From: Eledone cirrhosa
Taxonomy: Eukaryota
Assembly: GCA_964016885.1 (NCBI GenBank)
Contig: OZ024754.1
Span: forward strand, 28,024,001 to 28,088,000
DNA: 64,000 bases
Direction of reading: 5' to 3'
Below the pieces are notes generated by a model. That model saw only the letters and a program-made list of their open reading frames with translations. It had not been told where the DNA came from and searched no databases. Shown here piece after piece: positions 25,704-41,499 of this stretch (positions are counted from its first letter, which is position 1; each line of letters opens with the position of its first letter). The position numbers were made by a program, and so were the translations under genes.

Positions 25704-28555
25704 ACTATAACAAACATTTTAAAGTCCATTTCAATGCTTAAGTAAGGCTCAGCTTTGTGAGCTCCATCACAGTTTTTTCCATTTTGCTCTATCATCTACA
25801 ACTGTCCTTTATTAACTTCCTGACTTTCATTCTTTCCTCCATCTTTAAGCCATGTTTTTCATGGTCTTCCTCTACTTGCTTCCACATTTATTTTCATCCT
25901 TCCTCAACACATGACTCAACCATCTCGTTCCATTTCTCTTCACAACATGCAACACTGCTTCAATTCCCATCATCCTTTGCAATTCATTGTTTGTCTTCCT
26001 CTCAGTGATACTCTGCTCTTTCTGCTGCATCATTTTCATTTTCATAATTTATTTTATCTTTTCTTTTTCTTTTTTTTTACAGGTTCATTATTTTTGTTTT
26101 GCAATTTTTATACATAATTTTGTTTTTAACTGGACGATATGATTTGAGAAACAACTAAGTGGTTATTTCTGTCTTTCTGAAATAACAACTTTCATCTCCA
26201 TTGATGTCAATAAAGCCTTTTAAAAACAAGAATTGTTTTTTATTTTTATTTCTGCATCTGGTACACTCTGCAGAGTGGTTGGTGTGAAAGAAGGTATCCA
26301 ATAGATAAACCATGAAATGCTGGGAGATGTCTTCAGCTGTGTCAAGCATTTGACAACCTCAGCAATACATTCTGTAAAATGGTTGGTGTTAGGAAAGGCA
26401 TCTAGCTAACCATGCCAAAGTATGTATGTTGTTCCCTGATCTGTCTAGTCTTGGATACTAACAACCTGTCCAACACATGCCAGCTTGGAAAATAGAGGTA
26501 CAATAATAATAATAGTTTCTGATTTAGGCACAAAGCCAACACTTTTGGGGGAAGGGAAAGTCAATTAAATCAACCCCAGTGCATGACTGGTACTTTATCT
26601 TATCAACCCCCATAAGGATGAAAAGCAAAGCTAACCTTGGCGGGATTTTAACTCAACATAAAGGGCTGTGCAGCAAGGCATATTGTCCGACGCTCTACCA
26701 ATTATACCAATCCACCAATAATAATAACTGTTTCTAGTTTTGGCACAAGGCCAGCAATTACCCCCAGTGCATTACTGGTACTTTATTTTATCGACCCTGT
26801 AAGGATGAAAGGCAAAGTTAACCTCGGCAGGATTTGAACTCAGACCTTAAAGGGACATAACTCTATGCTTGCAAAGCATGGCATCTGACCCTCTACCGAT
26901 ACTGCCAAACCACCACCCTAATAATAATAATAATGACTGTAAATGAGGTTGGTTCTAGGAAGGGCATCCTGCTGTAGAAACCAAGCCGAAATTGATTCTG
27001 TATGAGCAAGACATGGTCACTTGACCTAGCATTTCTCACAACAGAATAACTCATATCTAACCCATGCCAGCATGGAAAAGTGGACGTTAAATGGAGATGA
27101 TGATGATGTTAACTTAACCACACAGCCATGTCTGCAGCATTGTATTAGTACTACTAAATCCATCCATGACAATGAGAACAAAACAACTTTGTTCTACACA
27201 TTTATAGCAACGTGTCAGCCTATAATTAAGAGTTGTGTACTTATACGACTACAGTAAAATGTTTGTGGACTTAGTGGCTATATAAATTACATTCCAACAT
27301 AAATGTTCTGAGGTTGGAATAATAAAAACCCAATGCAATGGTTATATAAATTTATTAATTACTGTGGTTGTGTACTCTTGAATAAAGTGGTTATATTGGA
27401 TGTATAAATGTCATTCACCTACTTGTTCACCATGACCATCACTACCTTGCAGTAGTTTCCACTGGGTCTTCTTAAAAGCAATATAAACAACTGATTGTAA
27501 AAGCTACTTTTTGGAACCCCAATTTTTCACTTCAGTACGTGTATGTATCTATATGTAGATCAGACTGGAAGTGGTAAAATCTGTGAGACCATTACTCATG
27601 AGAGACCTCAATACTTGTGAATATGAAGAATTTGGATCTCCGACGGCTGAGCTTCTGCGCATATATGGACTCAGCCCCTCATCACCACCTGATGATGTCA
27701 GCTATTTTCCACCACCCAAATACCAGCGATTCAGTTCAGATCTAGCAGTTGAAGCAGGAGCTCAGCCATTGCAGTCCTGGATTCTTCATGTTTACATATA
27801 TATATTTAAAAAAAGAAAAAGAATGACTTCACTTGTTCTAAACAATTTGATTTAATTTTATATTATGATTTGGTAGATTTACCTAATCATATAAAATTAA
27901 ATCAAATTGTTTAGAACAAGTGAAGTCATTCTTTTCCTTTTTTTAAAATATACCTAACTGTACCAAGGATTTCACACATTTTCCAATATATATAATTTGT
28001 AGATTTCGGCCAGTATTGGCCGAAGCCATACCAAACTTATTAGCATCACCTGATATATAAATATATATGTGTATATGTATATCAATGCTGTTTAATATCT
28101 ATTTTCCATGTTGCTTCCATAGGTTATAATGAAAATCGTCAAATGCCTTAACTTCAGATTTACACCAAACCCATGCCATCCACGAATTCAAGCAAAAACA
28201 AGCCATAATCCTACAATCAACACCACCCACTAGACAAATTAAAATTCGTACATGTCCTACATGATCATATACCCAAACACTCCAAGCAATTTATGGTATG
28301 AGGTTGACGGACATCATCAGGCTGCAGTTGTCATGTCACATAGTTTCTATATTTCTGTTGGGAGTGAAAAGATGTCACAAAGTAAAGTACTCAATACATC
28401 TTGTGGAAAGGGTTTATTTATTTCTTTTAGAGTGACAGGGCTAGTTCTGTTTCCTTCATTAAAAACTTGTAGTGTGGGTATGTGTATGTAACATGTTTCC
28501 TCTGCTAGGAAGTGTATGCATGCTTATTTTTTCCCTCTCTCTCTCTTGTTAAAGT

Positions 28556-28788
28556 CTAAAGTCTGTCTCAAGCCAGAAGGCTCGTTAGGTTGATGCTTAT
28601 CTCGGTTTCGTGACGTGAAACAACTGAGAGTACAAGACTTCCCCCCTGGATATGACGCCAATCCTGAGAGATTGCTGGAACTCGTTTTTAGCTGAGTATA
28701 CTGGAGCAACATGAAATGAAGTGTTTTGCTCAAGAACACAACCCAGCCCAGGAATCGAACCCACGACATTATGATCGTAAGTCCAACA
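28556..28788 (-). mobile_element. Third SINE family (second copy ~30245-30468), head interrupted by a MITE
   Basis: Reverse B-box GGAATCGAACCC and body shared with the 30.3 kb copy. Confidence 0.7.
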
Positions 28789-28790
28789 TA

Positions 28791-29106
28791 CAGTGTACCC
28801 CGGCATTCGCGGTCCCGGTTATGCGCGGGATTTTCCGTAGAACATAACAGTGGAAACCACCGCATGTTCACGGAATCGTAAATATCTTCAGCGATTTATT
28901 AGGGCTTTTCTTCGTGGCAATAATGTATATTTTTTAACGCTAAATTATTTATAACATAAACCGTATTTGCCGGCTTATTGGACGCTCTTTTTTTTAAATT
29001 ATATTTTACGTTTATAGGCATCTTTATTGACCACGTGCAATATTCGTGATTTTTCACTCTGCGGGTGCTCAAGCAACGTTACCCCGCGAATACCGGGGGA
29101 CTACTG
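28791..29106. mobile_element. pogo/Tigger-like MITE
   Basis: TIRs CAGTGTACCCCGGCATTCGCGG / CCGCGAATACCGGGGGACTACTG; TA TSD. Confidence 0.8.
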
Positions 29107-29322
29107 TATATTTAATGTTTACGTTTGTGTTTATTTTTATGTCCCATAAACTTAGTGGTTCTACAAAAAGATATCGATGAAATATGTACCAGGCTTGAGA
29201 CAACAAAATAAAGTACTGGAGTCGATATGATCGACTAAATCCCCTTTAAGATGGTGCCCCAGCATGGTCGCAGTCTAATGGCAAACTAGCAAAATAAATT
29301 TTTAAAAGTTTTCTACCACTGT

Positions 29323-29955
29323 TTAGGTCAACGGGGTTAGAAGTTTCTCCAGGGAAAGAAAACGTTTATCCAGTTGAAGCAGTTTACCTCGTTGGTATTG
29401 TATTTCACGGGGTTTCACGAGATTGCCCTCAGCTGTGTGATTTTGGTGTCGGTTTTTAAGAAACAATAGCATTGCCTTTTTATTTCGCTCTAAATTTGCA
29501 TTTGCTGTCAACGAGGGAGGCAACTCTGTTCTTATTATCCGAGTCATATACTCTTGCAGTGAAGGATTCCGAAAATCTTTATGAGCCGTGTTAGTAGTAG
29601 ATTCAATACGTTTGCCAAAGTAGTGTTGCTGTCGTATGTCTTTTAAATTCCTTTGATTAAAGAATGTCTTCCTGTGAAGATCAAACAGTCTTGCGGCTTT
29701 CTCTTGCTCACTGTTAAGACTGTTCAACTTCCGTCCCAAGAGAAACTGTTGAGTGACGTTATCATATAGTAAAACTCTTGACAGTTTAGTTTTCAGAACA
29801 AACGCACTGGCCATGGAATATCTTTTGTTGCCATAGTTTGGTGTGATTCTAGGTGGACGGTGCATGTATTTTAATTTTGCCGGTATTTCATGTGGATTAA
29901 TTTCGTTTTTGTCTACAGCATTAGTATTTTTAAATTTCAACTTTTGATCCACCAT
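29323..29955 (-). CDS. Uncharacterised basic 210-aa protein, single or terminal coding exon
   Basis: Non-repetitive 633-nt ORF in AT-rich DNA. A pyrimidine-rich TTCTGCAG acceptor lies immediately before the ATG. No transposon motifs recognised. Confidence 0.7.
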   Translation of the reverse strand: MVDQKLKFKNTNAVDKNEINPHEIPAKLKYMHRPPRITPNYGNKRYSMASAFVLKTKLSRVLLYDNVTQQFLLGRKLNSLNSEQEKAARLFDLHRKTFFNQRNLKDIRQQHYFGKRIESTTNTAHKDFRNPSLQEYMTRIIRTELPPSLTANANLERNKKAMLLFLKNRHQNHTAEGNLVKPREIQYQRGKLLQLDKRFLSLEKLLTPLT

Positions 29956-30499
29956 CTGCAGAATAAAATGAGAAAAGTGAGAGAGAGATATGTTGGAATA
30001 AAATTTAGAACGGTATAGAAACAGTACTATTACTGGCTTCTTTAGATTATGGTCATGCTGGTGTACTACCTATCATATTGGGATTTTATCAATCATACCG
30101 ATCCCCTGTGAAAGAGAGATCTATGTTGGAATAAAATTTAGAACGGTATAGAAATAACTCTATTAGTGATTACAGTTTTTAAACTGTGGTGATACTGGGC
30201 CACTGCCTGCTGTAATGGGATTTTGTCGATTATACCGATCTAAATTTTGTCTCAAGCCCGGAGGCTCGTCAGACCGATGTTTATCCCAGTTTCGTGAAGC
30301 GACTGAGTACGCGATCCCCCCACTGTCCTGGACAAGACGTCAGTCCATCGCAGGGTTGAACCCCAAGCTATTGAAGCAACGTGGAATGGAGTGTTTTTGT
30401 TCAAGAACACAACACATAACCCAGTTCAGGAATCGAACCCACGACTTTACCACTAGGCCATGCGCCTTTGCCAACCGATCCCCTGTATATATATATATA

Positions 30500-31562
30500 T
30501 CCCAGACTTACGTCTAAACGGTACGCTATAACTTATTCTATCCTAATTTTTCCTCGTTTACTCACTTGCATGTTCCATTGACCTATGTCCCTCCTCTCCC
30601 CCACTATCTGGTCTGTTTACCTTTTTTTCTCTTCCTTTCTCCTCACTACCTTTCCCCCTTTTTTCTTCTTTTTCTTTCCCTCCTGGCCTTTTGATTGAGA
30701 AAAGGCCTTGGGCGCACCACTGATGGCTTATAGATGTCCTGTATAAAGCGCCGAAACATCTTGATCTCAGTTTTACAGCTGATGAAGGGTTTCTTTTCTT
30801 TTGTTTCGTCCATACTACCATCTTAAACTTTGTTTACAGTAACCACACAGCTCCTTTCATTTTTTATAATTTTGTATTTACTGCTGTGACCCTCCTCTAC
30901 CTGTTATGCTCGATCTGTGGTCCCACCACGCTTTCCTATCGATTCTCCCCTTCTCGCTCTTCTCTTTTTCCTTCTCTCTCTCGTTCTCTCTCTATCCATC
31001 CGTTCGTTTTCGATCGTTGACGACATACTTAACACATGCCGTAAAACTCCTCTGGTTTCGATCGTTTACGACACGTTTTATAACTGTCGTAAAACTCTTT
31101 TGGATTATCTCTCCCCCCCCCCCCTCTCTCTCTTTCCACTTCCATTGAGTTGACACGGTAACACTGGGCTCCTGTTATCGACCCCCCCCCCTCCCAGACT
31201 TACGTCTAATCGGTACGCTATAACTTATTCTATCCTAATTTTTCCTCGGTTACTCACTTCTCACTTGCATGTTCCATTGTCCTGTGTACCCCCGCCCCCA
31301 CTATCTGGTCTGTTTACTTTTTTTTTCTCTGTTTTCCTCTCTCCTCACTACCTTTCCCATTTTCTTTCCCTCCTGGCCTTTTGATTGAGAAAAGGCCCTG
31401 GGTGCACCACTGATGGCTTATAGATGTCCTGTATTAAGCGCCGAAACATCTTGATCTCGGTTTTACAGCTGATGAAGGATTTCTTTTCTTCTTTTGTTTC
31501 GTCCATACTACCATCTTAAACTTTGTTTACAGTAACCACACAGCTCCTTTCGTTTCTTATAA
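30500..31562. repeat. Pair of ~370-bp direct repeats (30500-30870 and ~31193-31562) with a ~320-bp spacer
   Basis: Both begin CCCAGACTTACGTCTAA and end near CAGCTCCTTTC...TATAAT. Confidence 0.85.
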
Positions 31563-31660
31563 TGTGTGTATGTAAAAGGTAAACAGGAATAACAACACAA
31601 TCGGTACAGTATATTGAAGGGATATATATTAGGTTAATGCTTGAAATAGCAGGAAGAGGG

Positions 31661-31696
31661 TCTTAACGTTTCGGACGCTAGTCCTTCATCAGAAGA
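31661..31696 (-). ncRNA. Minimal type I hammerhead of Penelope pLTR type; degenerate copies at ~33181-33216 and ~34073-34108
   Basis: UCUU-CUGAUGA-A-GGAC(UAGC)GUCC-GAAA-CG-UU-AAGA, with palindromic stem III ACGU. Confidence 0.75.
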
Positions 31697-32877
31697 AAGA
31701 ATGAAACATTAGATAGATTGAAGGGGCGGGCAGGGTGGAATTGGAAAGATAGATATATAATTCTTGCACTTATTTTATCGATCTGCTAAGTAATTCTATT
31801 CCTTGCGGCACGTTGCTTAGTTCAACTTGGAAAAAATGTGTTCTACTTGTAATTCTATTGATTAAATCAGCTGGAGAACTCATCGTTGAAATAGACGGAG
31901 GTCCAACAAACACACACACATATACACACCCTCTTTTGCTACAAATATGTAACTTCTTTCAACCAAAGATAGAAATCAATACAATCTATCAATAAGCTAT
32001 TCCAGTCACTTCCTACATGATTTGTCAATAACATTTCCTTGGTGACTAACTTCAAATTACTATCAACATAGTTACTAAATATTTTCACTTTATTTGATTC
32101 AATATTGTCATTGTCAGAGCTGTTCATGTGTATATAAGTTAGCCACGATTGTTATCGATTACTTAAATACATACCTACACGTTAGAGCTAGGGCTTTGTT
32201 CGATCTTCATATATTGATATCGATTACTTTAATGCATAAATATCTCATGAACCTAGATTATAGTTCTTTCTGTACACACACACACACACACACATATGCA
32301 ACAGTTAATCGGGTGGCGTTTTTTTATCATTATTTGGAGTATGTTTCTATTTAGTTTTTATTAGTTAAACAATAAAGGAATTATGGCATACACAAAGAGA
32401 TAAAATATTTGATTCAGGGCTGTCCTGCGATCTAGGTGCTATCGTTGTCGCAGACGATCCCCGAATAAATATTTTTTTCTGTTTGTGTATGCCGTAATTC
32501 CTTTATTAACTACTTGTGCAATCCGCACCTGATGATGTCACCTGGATTTTATGTAACCAGGCCATTGAAATATATATAGTGTTTTTGCAACAATAACATT
32601 TTAAAGGAACATCAATAGTCCGGCCTCCTGATGTTTTAAACAAACCACTAAATATATAAAAAAGAAAACTTTTTTTTTTAAATTTGGCAGAGCTGGCCAT
32701 TTATCGCTCGTATACAGGAAACTGACTGGCCAGTCTGCTGATATGCAAATCTGGCTGATCAGTGGATATGCTAATATACAGATCTGACTGATCAGCCAGT
32801 CTGCTAATATGCAAATCAGGCCGATCAGTCACTGTGTATTTTTAAAAATACCATATATTTTCACTAGCTCTGACAGT

Positions 32878-32957
32878 TTGGCAGGTGAACAGTGAGCTGT
32901 ACTGATGAAGGGTGATACTCAGAAACATTAGTGTCTGCAGTTCTGTTCACATGCCAA
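32878..32957 (+). ncRNA. Type I hammerhead motif with extended stem I
   Basis: GAGCUGUA-CUGAUGA-AGGGU(GAU)ACUCA-GAAA-CA(UUAG)UG-UC-UGCAGUUC; the stem II closing pair is mismatched. Confidence 0.7.
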
Positions 32958-33637
32958 CACAAGAGCAAGAATGAAGGGTTCATTCTACTGACATGGCTAT
33001 AAAATTGAGGCTTGCTTGCATAATTGCAAACGAATCGAATGTTATTAATATTCGAAAAACTCGGATTACATTTTACTATATATATATATGTGTGTAAAAG
33101 GTAAACAGAAATAACAATACAATCGGTACAGTATATGGAAGGGATATATCAGGTTAGCGCTTGAAATAGCAGGAAAAGGGTCTTAACGTTTCGGACGCTA
33201 GTCCTTCATCATAAGAAAGAATGAGAAATGAGATAGATTGATGGGACGGGTGGGTTAGAATTGGGAAAAAATGTCTTTAGATAAAAATAACAGGTCCATT
33301 CATTGGATACATATATGGGGGGGGGGGGGGGCGGTTGGATGAAGCGCTTGTGAGTAGAATGGAACTGGCGGAGAAAAGATTTGAGATTGGGCATATTGAA
33401 GGTACTAGGATGGAGGTGAAAATTAGATGTGTGAGAAGAAGGTGGTGTAAGAAGATTGTAGTAGAGAGAAAGTGGTAGAGAGTCTTCGAAACTTTAAATG
33501 CAAGAAGCAAAGAAAATTTCAATGAAATAAAAGATTTCCAGGTGGAAGTTCAGGTGTACTCCGGGTTGATATCCAATTTCGGGGTGAAAGTCCAATTAGA
33601 AAATCCAACGAATTTTGAGAGGTCCACATAAGCGTTG

Positions 33638-33668
<31 letters not shown>

Positions 33669-33932
33669 TACATTAACAGAGAAAGCTTTAAGCGATACTC
33701 CGACCGACACCCAGCTCACTCAACAAACATTAGGATAGACCTGAGTATAATCCCAATTATATGTTTGGGGTGCTAACTATATTGTATTTTGTGGATAGCC
33801 GGTTGTATTATTTTATATGAGACATAATTAAATAAATCTCTCTTTCCATACGATCGTTTCGTTATAAGTTTTCTACAAATTGAGAAAATAATGTCCAGAT
33901 TATGTAGAAACTTGCATATAGTCCATAGGTAT

Positions 33933-33988
<56 letters not shown>

Positions 33989-34493
33989 AAAGGGTAAACA
34001 GAAATAACAACACAATCAGTACAGTATATAGAAGGGGTATATTAGGTTAACGCTTGATATAGCAGGAAGAGGGTCTTAACGTTTCGGGCGCTAGTCCTTC
34101 ATCAAAAGAAAGAATGAGAAATAAGATAGATTGAGGGGACGGGCGGGTTTATATATATATATCTTCATTGTACTGTGTTCTTTGCCTGTGTACACACACA
34201 CACATATATATATATAATGTCAACATTGATTATATATTGCCGATTATACACCCAATGGATTCTGTTATTGTGGAAAGTTTCCGCATCAATGGATGTGTGT
34301 GGTTTAGCACAGGGCTAGAACAAAACTCAGAATACACACACAGACACATGCACACACATATACATATACACACACGTGTGTGTATGTGTACTATATAATA
34401 TGATCACGTAAAAGATAAAAAACAAAACAAAGCCATCACAGCAAAATCCAACCATAACCAGAGTTCAAAGAGCAAAAGAATATATACACCTGT

Positions 34494-36764
<2,271 letters not shown>

Positions 36765-36765
<1 letters not shown>

Positions 36766-37372
36766 TGGTGGCTGCCAACTCGTTTTCGAGTACGGCCACT
36801 ACTTTATATCCATGTAGGAGAACCCCTACCGATGCGCTGAACGAGTGTGACTTTTGAGTCCAGCCAGCGACTTGATAACTCTGGTACAAACACTACACTT
36901 GTGACAATTATTGACACATAGTGCTGGGCCCATGGTACCATGTGACAAGTGCAGAGAGATCTCCAGATATAAAGCAATGCCTGTGCCATGAAGCTTTTAT
37001 AGTGAGCAAAGGCATTGCACAGAGCCAGTCCCACTCTCTTAACCAAGATGATATTTACCAAAAAGTAGAACAAGTCAACATCATTGGATACCATCAGGGT
37101 TGCAGGTGTTATATCAGAGTTTTCCTTCTCCTAGAATTCTGCCTTGACAAAGGCTAAGGGGTCATCTCTCCCGGTGATTTTGGATGGCCATTGACTCTTA
37201 AGAGCTCCTTTGCCCTTTGACAGGTTTTGTTTTTAGTCCTGCAGGATGTCCAAAGTCACCCTCCTCACCAAGAAACCTTGGTGGGGTTGCCAGTTTAGTC
37301 GCCAACGACCCGACCATGAAACAGGTTGTACTGGGATACATGTTACCAGTAGCACTAACTGGTGACCTGACA
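36765..37372 (-). mobile_element. Interspersed repeat, probably a LINE 5' region; related copy at 63870-64000 (+)
   Basis: Shared GACTAAA.TG.CAACCC.CCAAG...CTTGGTGAGGAGGGT...GGACA.CCTG.AGGA...AAAACCTG.CAAAGGGC. Confidence 0.55.
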
Positions 37373-37374
37373 TA

Positions 37375-37407
<33 letters not shown>

Positions 37408-37420
37408 CATATATATATAC

Positions 37421-37451
<31 letters not shown>

Positions 37452-37452
37452 C

Positions 37453-37483
<31 letters not shown>

Positions 37484-37528
37484 CATATATATATACATAT
37501 ATATATATACATATACATATATATATAC

Positions 37529-37577
<49 letters not shown>

Positions 37578-37598
37578 TATATACACGTATATATATAC

Positions 37599-37687
<89 letters not shown>

Positions 37688-37718
37688 CACATATATATAT
37701 ACACATATATATATACAC

Positions 37719-37771
<53 letters not shown>

Positions 37772-37919
37772 CACATATATATATACACATATATATATAC
37801 ACATATATATATATGCTTTATATATATATACACATATATATATATATATATACTTTATATATATATACACATATATATATATATATACTTTATATATATA
37901 CATATATATACATATATAC

Positions 37920-37950
<31 letters not shown>

Positions 37951-37951
37951 A

Positions 37952-38038
<87 letters not shown>

Positions 38039-38043
38039 CATAT

Positions 38044-38097
<54 letters not shown>

Positions 38098-38388
38098 CAT
38101 ATATATATATGTATATATATATATGTATATATATATATGTATATATATATATGTATATATATATATGTATATATATATATGTATATATACATATATATAT
38201 ATGTATATATACATATATGTATATATATATATATGTATATATACATATATATATGTATGTATATATACATATATATATGTATGTATATATACATATATAT
38301 ATGTATGTATATATACATATATATATGTATGTATATATACATATATATATGTATGTATATATACATATATATATGTATGTATATATAC

Positions 38389-38425
<37 letters not shown>
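37375..38425. repeat. Interrupted (TA)n microsatellite
   Basis: Direct inspection. Confidence 0.97.
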
Positions 38426-38427
<2 letters not shown>

Positions 38428-39630
38428 TATGTTCATTATTTTATATTGAAGTTGTTATTGTACTATGGATCCTTATTACTTACCGTTGATTTTATGTACC
38501 ATTATGATATGTTAAATTTTATATATCATGTAAGATGTTTATATTTTTGTACCATCATAATTTTGGGTATTGTACAATTTATATTTTTTTCTCACCTACT
38601 CTGTAACTCTATATGAATTGATTTGTTAACTTACATGCCATTATATATTATATATATTATTATATTATTATTATAGTATTATTGTGACATCTATATTGTT
38701 TGTGTAAATTAACCAGAGATTATCTATTATATTATATTATATAATTATATAGTTTATTATATATTATATGTGTTACTTTTAATCATTTCATTACTTCATG
38801 TATATTAGATATACGTATTATCATTATTTTTATTCCTACTCTGCTTATTTATATTTAAACTCTTAATAAGGTTTAATTTGTGCTGTTAATGATGGATATG
38901 TGTATTGACGTATATGTATATGTGCGTACGTGTGCGTACATATATATGTATATTGTGCCTTTTAATTTTAATTTTTAATTTTAATTTTAATTTTAATTTT
39001 AATATTGTTACAAGTATATTATATTATATTATATTGTATTATATATAATTCCCGCTCTATATAACCACCTTTGTTTAGCTCTAGGTTATTTTGCTTTGGA
39101 CTATATTTGTAATATGGTTCAAAATGTTATACACCTCCTTAGTGATTTTTATTATATATTTTTACCCATAATCTTCCAATACTCCATATTCTTCGGAGTT
39201 TTCGGCTTGTATTGGCCGATAGTACTTCTTGTGGTTTTGATTGCCCTGATAGGACGAAACATTGTTGGCTAATAAAGACTTTTGATGTATTGAAGGCTTC
39301 TTTGTTTTATTTTCATAATTCTTGGGCTCTGTTTAATTACATTGAGCTATACCTTTTACTGTCATTTCTATAATACGAAGAGGGTGTTTAACTCCAACAC
39401 GCTCCAGTATTTTAATCCTTATATATGTATATATACATATATATATATAAACATATATATATATAAACATATATATATATATATATAAACATATATATAT
39501 ATATAAAGTATATATCCCTACACGCAAAAAGCGTCCAGGGACACATGTATTGTCCAACCATATGCCAATGTGGTTCAATGTCTAGTTAATAAATTGAACT
39601 CGGGAATTTTATATTCTCCGAGTGAAAAGA

Positions 39631-39717
39631 ACCTTCTGACGAGAGTTTATCTTTAAAATGGAAGGCCGCAAGGACTGTCCATTTATTTTTGAGACTCGAA
39701 ACCGATTCGGTAAAGGT
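39631..39717 (+). ncRNA. Type I hammerhead ribozyme, intact core
   Basis: ACCUU-CUGACGA-GAGUUU...AGACUC-GAAA-CCG(AUU)CGG-UA-AAGGU; predicted cut after 39712. Confidence 0.85.
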
Positions 39718-40115
39718 AACCATAGTGAGTACAGTGAATTTTTTGAAATTTATTTTGAAACTTTTTTTTATTTGCTAAACCTTGATTATATATGTTCTGG
39801 CTCGTTAATTTATTAACTAGCCATTGAACCACATTGGCATATGGTTGGACAATACATGTGTCCCTGGACGCTTTTTGCGTGTAGGGATAGATACTTTATT
39901 ATTATTATTCTCCTCTTGGTCGAGATAAAATTTGGTCGTTTTGACTGCTGCTATTTATAGTGGTAGTAGACTGACCTCCCTGCCTCTGCCTCTATCTTTG
40001 CACACGGCACTGGGCAGAATTGCTTCCACATCATTCATTCTCATCTCGGGAACAATTTTGAATAGCGCCAGTTCGTAATTTGAACTCTGGAATTTTATAT
40101 TCTCCGAGTGAAAGA

Positions 40116-40202
40116 ACCTTCTGACGAGAGTTTATCTTTAAAATGGAAGGCCGCAAGGACTGTCCTTTTATTTTTGAGACTCGAAACCGGTTCGGTAAAG
40201 GT
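40116..40202 (+). ncRNA. Type I hammerhead ribozyme, intact core (second copy)
   Basis: Same fold with stem III CCG(GUU)CGG; predicted cut after 40197. Confidence 0.85.
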
Positions 40203-40271
40203 AACCATAGTGAGTACAGTGAATTTTTTGAAATTTATTTTGAAACTTTTTCTTATTTGCTAAACCTTGAT

Positions 40272-41070
<799 letters not shown>

Positions 41071-41499
41071 ACAGACAGACGGACGGACGGACGGACACAC
41101 ACAGACACATTCATACATAAACAAACAGAGTGGCTCTCTGGGTTGATATATCATCAGAACGTCAGGATATCCGATAGCTGAGTTGACCGTTGGAAAATCA
41201 CTTGAGCGATTATTTTGTAGGATTTATAATATATATATCTTCCTGAATCACCATGTATGTATTTCCGTTATTAACGATATTTCTGTTGGAGACACACGTC
41301 AAACTGACCAGCAGACATTATCACTGTCCTCCATCATTGCACATACCCTACTCCACTGACATATCACTTACTGGTGTAAACGTTTATTTATGTATGTATG
41401 TTGTTTGTTTATTCACACACACACACACATAATTATATACATACATACATTAACAGACACACACACACACACACTTCCCTTTTCTAATATATATATGAA

